Part shown: piece after piece, positions 61,941 to 64,000 of the stretch
Layout: each line of letters starts with the position of its first letter
Position numbering within the stretch: position 1 is the stretch's first letter
From: an uncultured Aliarcobacter sp.
GTDB taxonomy: Bacteria; Campylobacterota; Campylobacteria; Campylobacterales; Arcobacteraceae
Direction of reading: 5' to 3'
DNA length: 64,000 nucleotides
NCBI GenBank assembly: GCA_963664305.2
Contig: CAXXLV010000002.1
Location: 672,001 to 736,000 of the forward strand
The notes under the pieces: model-generated
What the model was told of the DNA's origin: nothing
The model's database searches: none
What the model saw: the letters and a program-made list of their open reading frames with translations, nothing else
Translations under genes and position numbers: made by a program

Positions 61941-64000
61941 ATGATAAATAAAATAAAAAACTTTTTAAACTTAGATATAAAAAATGAAAAATATGCTCTA
62001 ACAAATGATGAAAAATTTGGGAAAGTTGCACTTGAAAAAGCCCCTACTTCTTGGGTTCGTTCAACTTGTGGTTATTGTGGAGTTGGTTGTGGACTTTATA
62101 TTGGAGTTAAGGATGGAAAGCCAGTCTATACAAAAGGTGACCCAAAACATCCAGTAAATCAAGGAACACTTTGTCCAAAAGGTTTAAGTGAACATCTTAT
62201 GGTACAAAGTTCAAATAGGTTTACAACTCCAATGATTAAAAAAAATGGAGTGTTAGGATCAACTTCATGGGATGAAGTATTTAAAACTACAAGTGATAAG
62301 TTCAAAGAAATTCAAGAAAAATATGGAAATACAGCTATTGGAGTTGTATCAACTGGACAACTTCTAACAGAAGAGTTTTATAGTTTAGGAAAATTTGTAC
62401 AACTTGGACTAAAAACAAATAACTATTGTGGAAATACAACACTTTGTATGGCAAGTGCTGTTATGGGATATAAACAAACTTTTGGAAGTGATGGACCTAT
62501 TGGTGCTTACGAAGATTTTTCCCATGCTGATGTTATTATGTTAATTGGAGCAAATATAGCAGATAATCACCCTATTTTGAAACTTCATATAGCAAAAAAC
62601 CAAAAAATAACGGGGAAAAAACCAACAATTATTGTAGTTGATCCAAGATTTTCAAAAACTGCAAATATGGCAGATATATATGTTCCAATTCAACCAAGAA
62701 GTGACCTTGCACTTATGAATGGACTTTGTTACATTATCTTAGAGCAAGGTTGGGAAAACGAAAAATTTATAAATGAAAAAACATCTGGTTATAAAGAGTT
62801 TAAAAAACATATTTTTGAAAACTATAAACCACAAGATGTTTCAAATATCACGGGAATAAATGTAAAAGATTTATATGAACTAGCTCGCGTTTATGCAAAA
62901 GCCAACAAAGCTATGAGTGCTTGGACAATGGGAGTAAATCAAAGCTCAATTGGGACTGATACAGTAAGTGCTATTTGTAATCTTGCTCTTATTACTGGAA
63001 ATGTAGGACGACAAGGAGCAACTGCATTATCAATTACTGGACAATGTAACGCTATGGGGACAAGAGAGACTGGATTTACCTCTTCACTTCCTGGATACAG
63101 AAACTTTGCAAGTTCTTATGATAGAGAAGAGTATGCAACACTTGTAAATGTTCCTGTAGAAGATGTTCCAACAAAAAGAGGTTATTCTTATCCACAAATT
63201 ATAGATGCTATTGATAGAGGTGAGATAAAAGCTTTATGGTTAGTTGCAACAAATCCTTTGATTTCATATCCAGACCAAAACAAACTAAGAAGTGCTTTAG
63301 CAAAACTAGAGTTTTTAGTTGTTCAAGATGCTTTTAAAAGTGAAACTTCACTCATAGCTGATATTGTATTTAGTGCTGCAACTTGGAGTGAAAAAGAAGG
63401 CGTTTATACAAATAGTGAAAGAAGATGTAACTATGCGAAAAAAGCTGTTGAACCTTTGGGTGAAACAAAAAGTGATTTAAATATTGTTTTAGAATTTTCA
63501 AAATATTTTGAAGGCTTAAATGAAAAATTATTCCCTTCTTGGAGCGAACCAAAAGATGCCTTTAATGAATGGAAAAAAGTGAGTGCAGGAAGATTATGTG
63601 ATTATTCAGGAATGAGTTATGAACTCATTGAAGAACTTGGTGGAATCCAATGGCCTTGCAATGAAAAATATCCAAAAGGAAAAGCTAGACTTTATGATGA
63701 AGAGATGCCTTGTCCAACAGAAGATGGAAAAGCAAAACTTTTATGCCTTGATTGGAAACCTTTAGTTGAAACTTCTAGCTGTGATTTCCCATTTATTTTA
63801 AATACTGGAAGAACTGTTGAACAATGGCATACAAGAACAAAAACAAAAACTATCTCTATTTTAAATGATTTAGCCCCAGAAGCTTGGATTGAAATAAATC
63901 CAACTGATGCAAAAAAACTTGAAGTAAAAAGTGGTGATAGACTTGATATTAGTTCAAGCAGAGGAAGAATAAATAATATCATAGTAAAAGAGACACAAAA
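61941..64000 (+). CDS. Second NasA-like molybdopterin oxidoreductase (partial, runs off the window; absent from the ORF track)
   Basis: ATG at 61941 after GAGGA; STCGYCGVGC...LCPKG, NYCGNTTLCMASAV, ITGQCNAMGTRE and LNTGRTVEQWHTRTKT motifs. Confidence 0.88.
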   Translation, partial: MINKIKNFLNLDIKNEKYALTNDEKFGKVALEKAPTSWVRSTCGYCGVGCGLYIGVKDGKPVYTKGDPKHPVNQGTLCPKGLSEHLMVQSSNRFTTPMIKKNGVLGSTSWDEVFKTTSDKFKEIQEKYGNTAIGVVSTGQLLTEEFYSLGKFVQLGLKTNNYCGNTTLCMASAVMGYKQTFGSDGPIGAYEDFSHADVIMLIGANIADNHPILKLHIAKNQKITGKKPTIIVVDPRFSKTANMADIYVPIQPRSDLALMNGLCYIILEQGWENEKFINEKTSGYKEFKKHIFENYKPQDVSNITGINVKDLYELARVYAKANKAMSAWTMGVNQSSIGTDTVSAICNLALITGNVGRQGATALSITGQCNAMGTRETGFTSSLPGYRNFASSYDREEYATLVNVPVEDVPTKRGYSYPQIIDAIDRGEIKALWLVATNPLISYPDQNKLRSALAKLEFLVVQDAFKSETSLIADIVFSAATWSEKEGVYTNSERRCNYAKKAVEPLGETKSDLNIVLEFSKYFEGLNEKLFPSWSEPKDAFNEWKKVSAGRLCDYSGMSYELIEELGGIQWPCNEKYPKGKARLYDEEMPCPTEDGKAKLLCLDWKPLVETSSCDFPFILNTGRTVEQWHTRTKTKTISILNDLAPEAWIEINPTDAKKLEVKSGDRLDISSSRGRINNIIVKETQ

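Noticed and set aside
448..63982. Many short ORFs in the track that overlap confident genes (e.g. 3362..3706, 4993..5355, 9375..9635, 28037..28429, 32239..32820, 52087..52410, 63692..63982)
   Set aside because: They are antisense or out-of-frame shadows of well-supported genes, with low-complexity translations and no motifs

Overview
Very AT-rich bacterial chromosomal window. Gene content and protein style suggest Campylobacterota, most likely Arcobacteraceae (inference). Left to right: an RraA-like gene; DCC1-like and S24 peptidase genes; a small accessory block (MNT-HEPN toxin-antitoxin pair plus a translationally coupled 3-gene cassette) beside sbcCD; an AraC/SnoaL pair; a TonB receptor-polyferredoxin-exbBD-tonB operon; a peroxiredoxin/OMP/TsoY-like/DsrE redox cluster; and a cytochrome bd (cydAB) operon with an unannotated small subunit, a divergent DUF134 regulator and a decayed duplicate copy. 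Housekeeping genes follow (SPFH/NfeD, two-component pair, MCP, Na/Pi transporter, trmL, purU, malic enzyme, pgeF, aroE, PhzF-like), and the window ends in a large nitrate-assimilation cluster that runs off the right edge. The best candidate for an undescribed system is at 36.3-42.0 kb. A LuxI/FeeM-fold acyl-synthase sits among a 7TM-DISM sensor kinase, two paralogous response regulators and a short TonB-receptor-like barrel. Three consecutive promoters there carry the same TGTGACG-N5-TGTGACG box exactly 9 nt before a -10 element, which looks like a LuxR-independent autoinduction circuit. A shared 17-bp dyad also precedes four nitrate-assimilation promoters. No rRNA, tRNA, CRISPR array or intact IS was seen. 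All family calls are from motif recognition by eye, not database searches.
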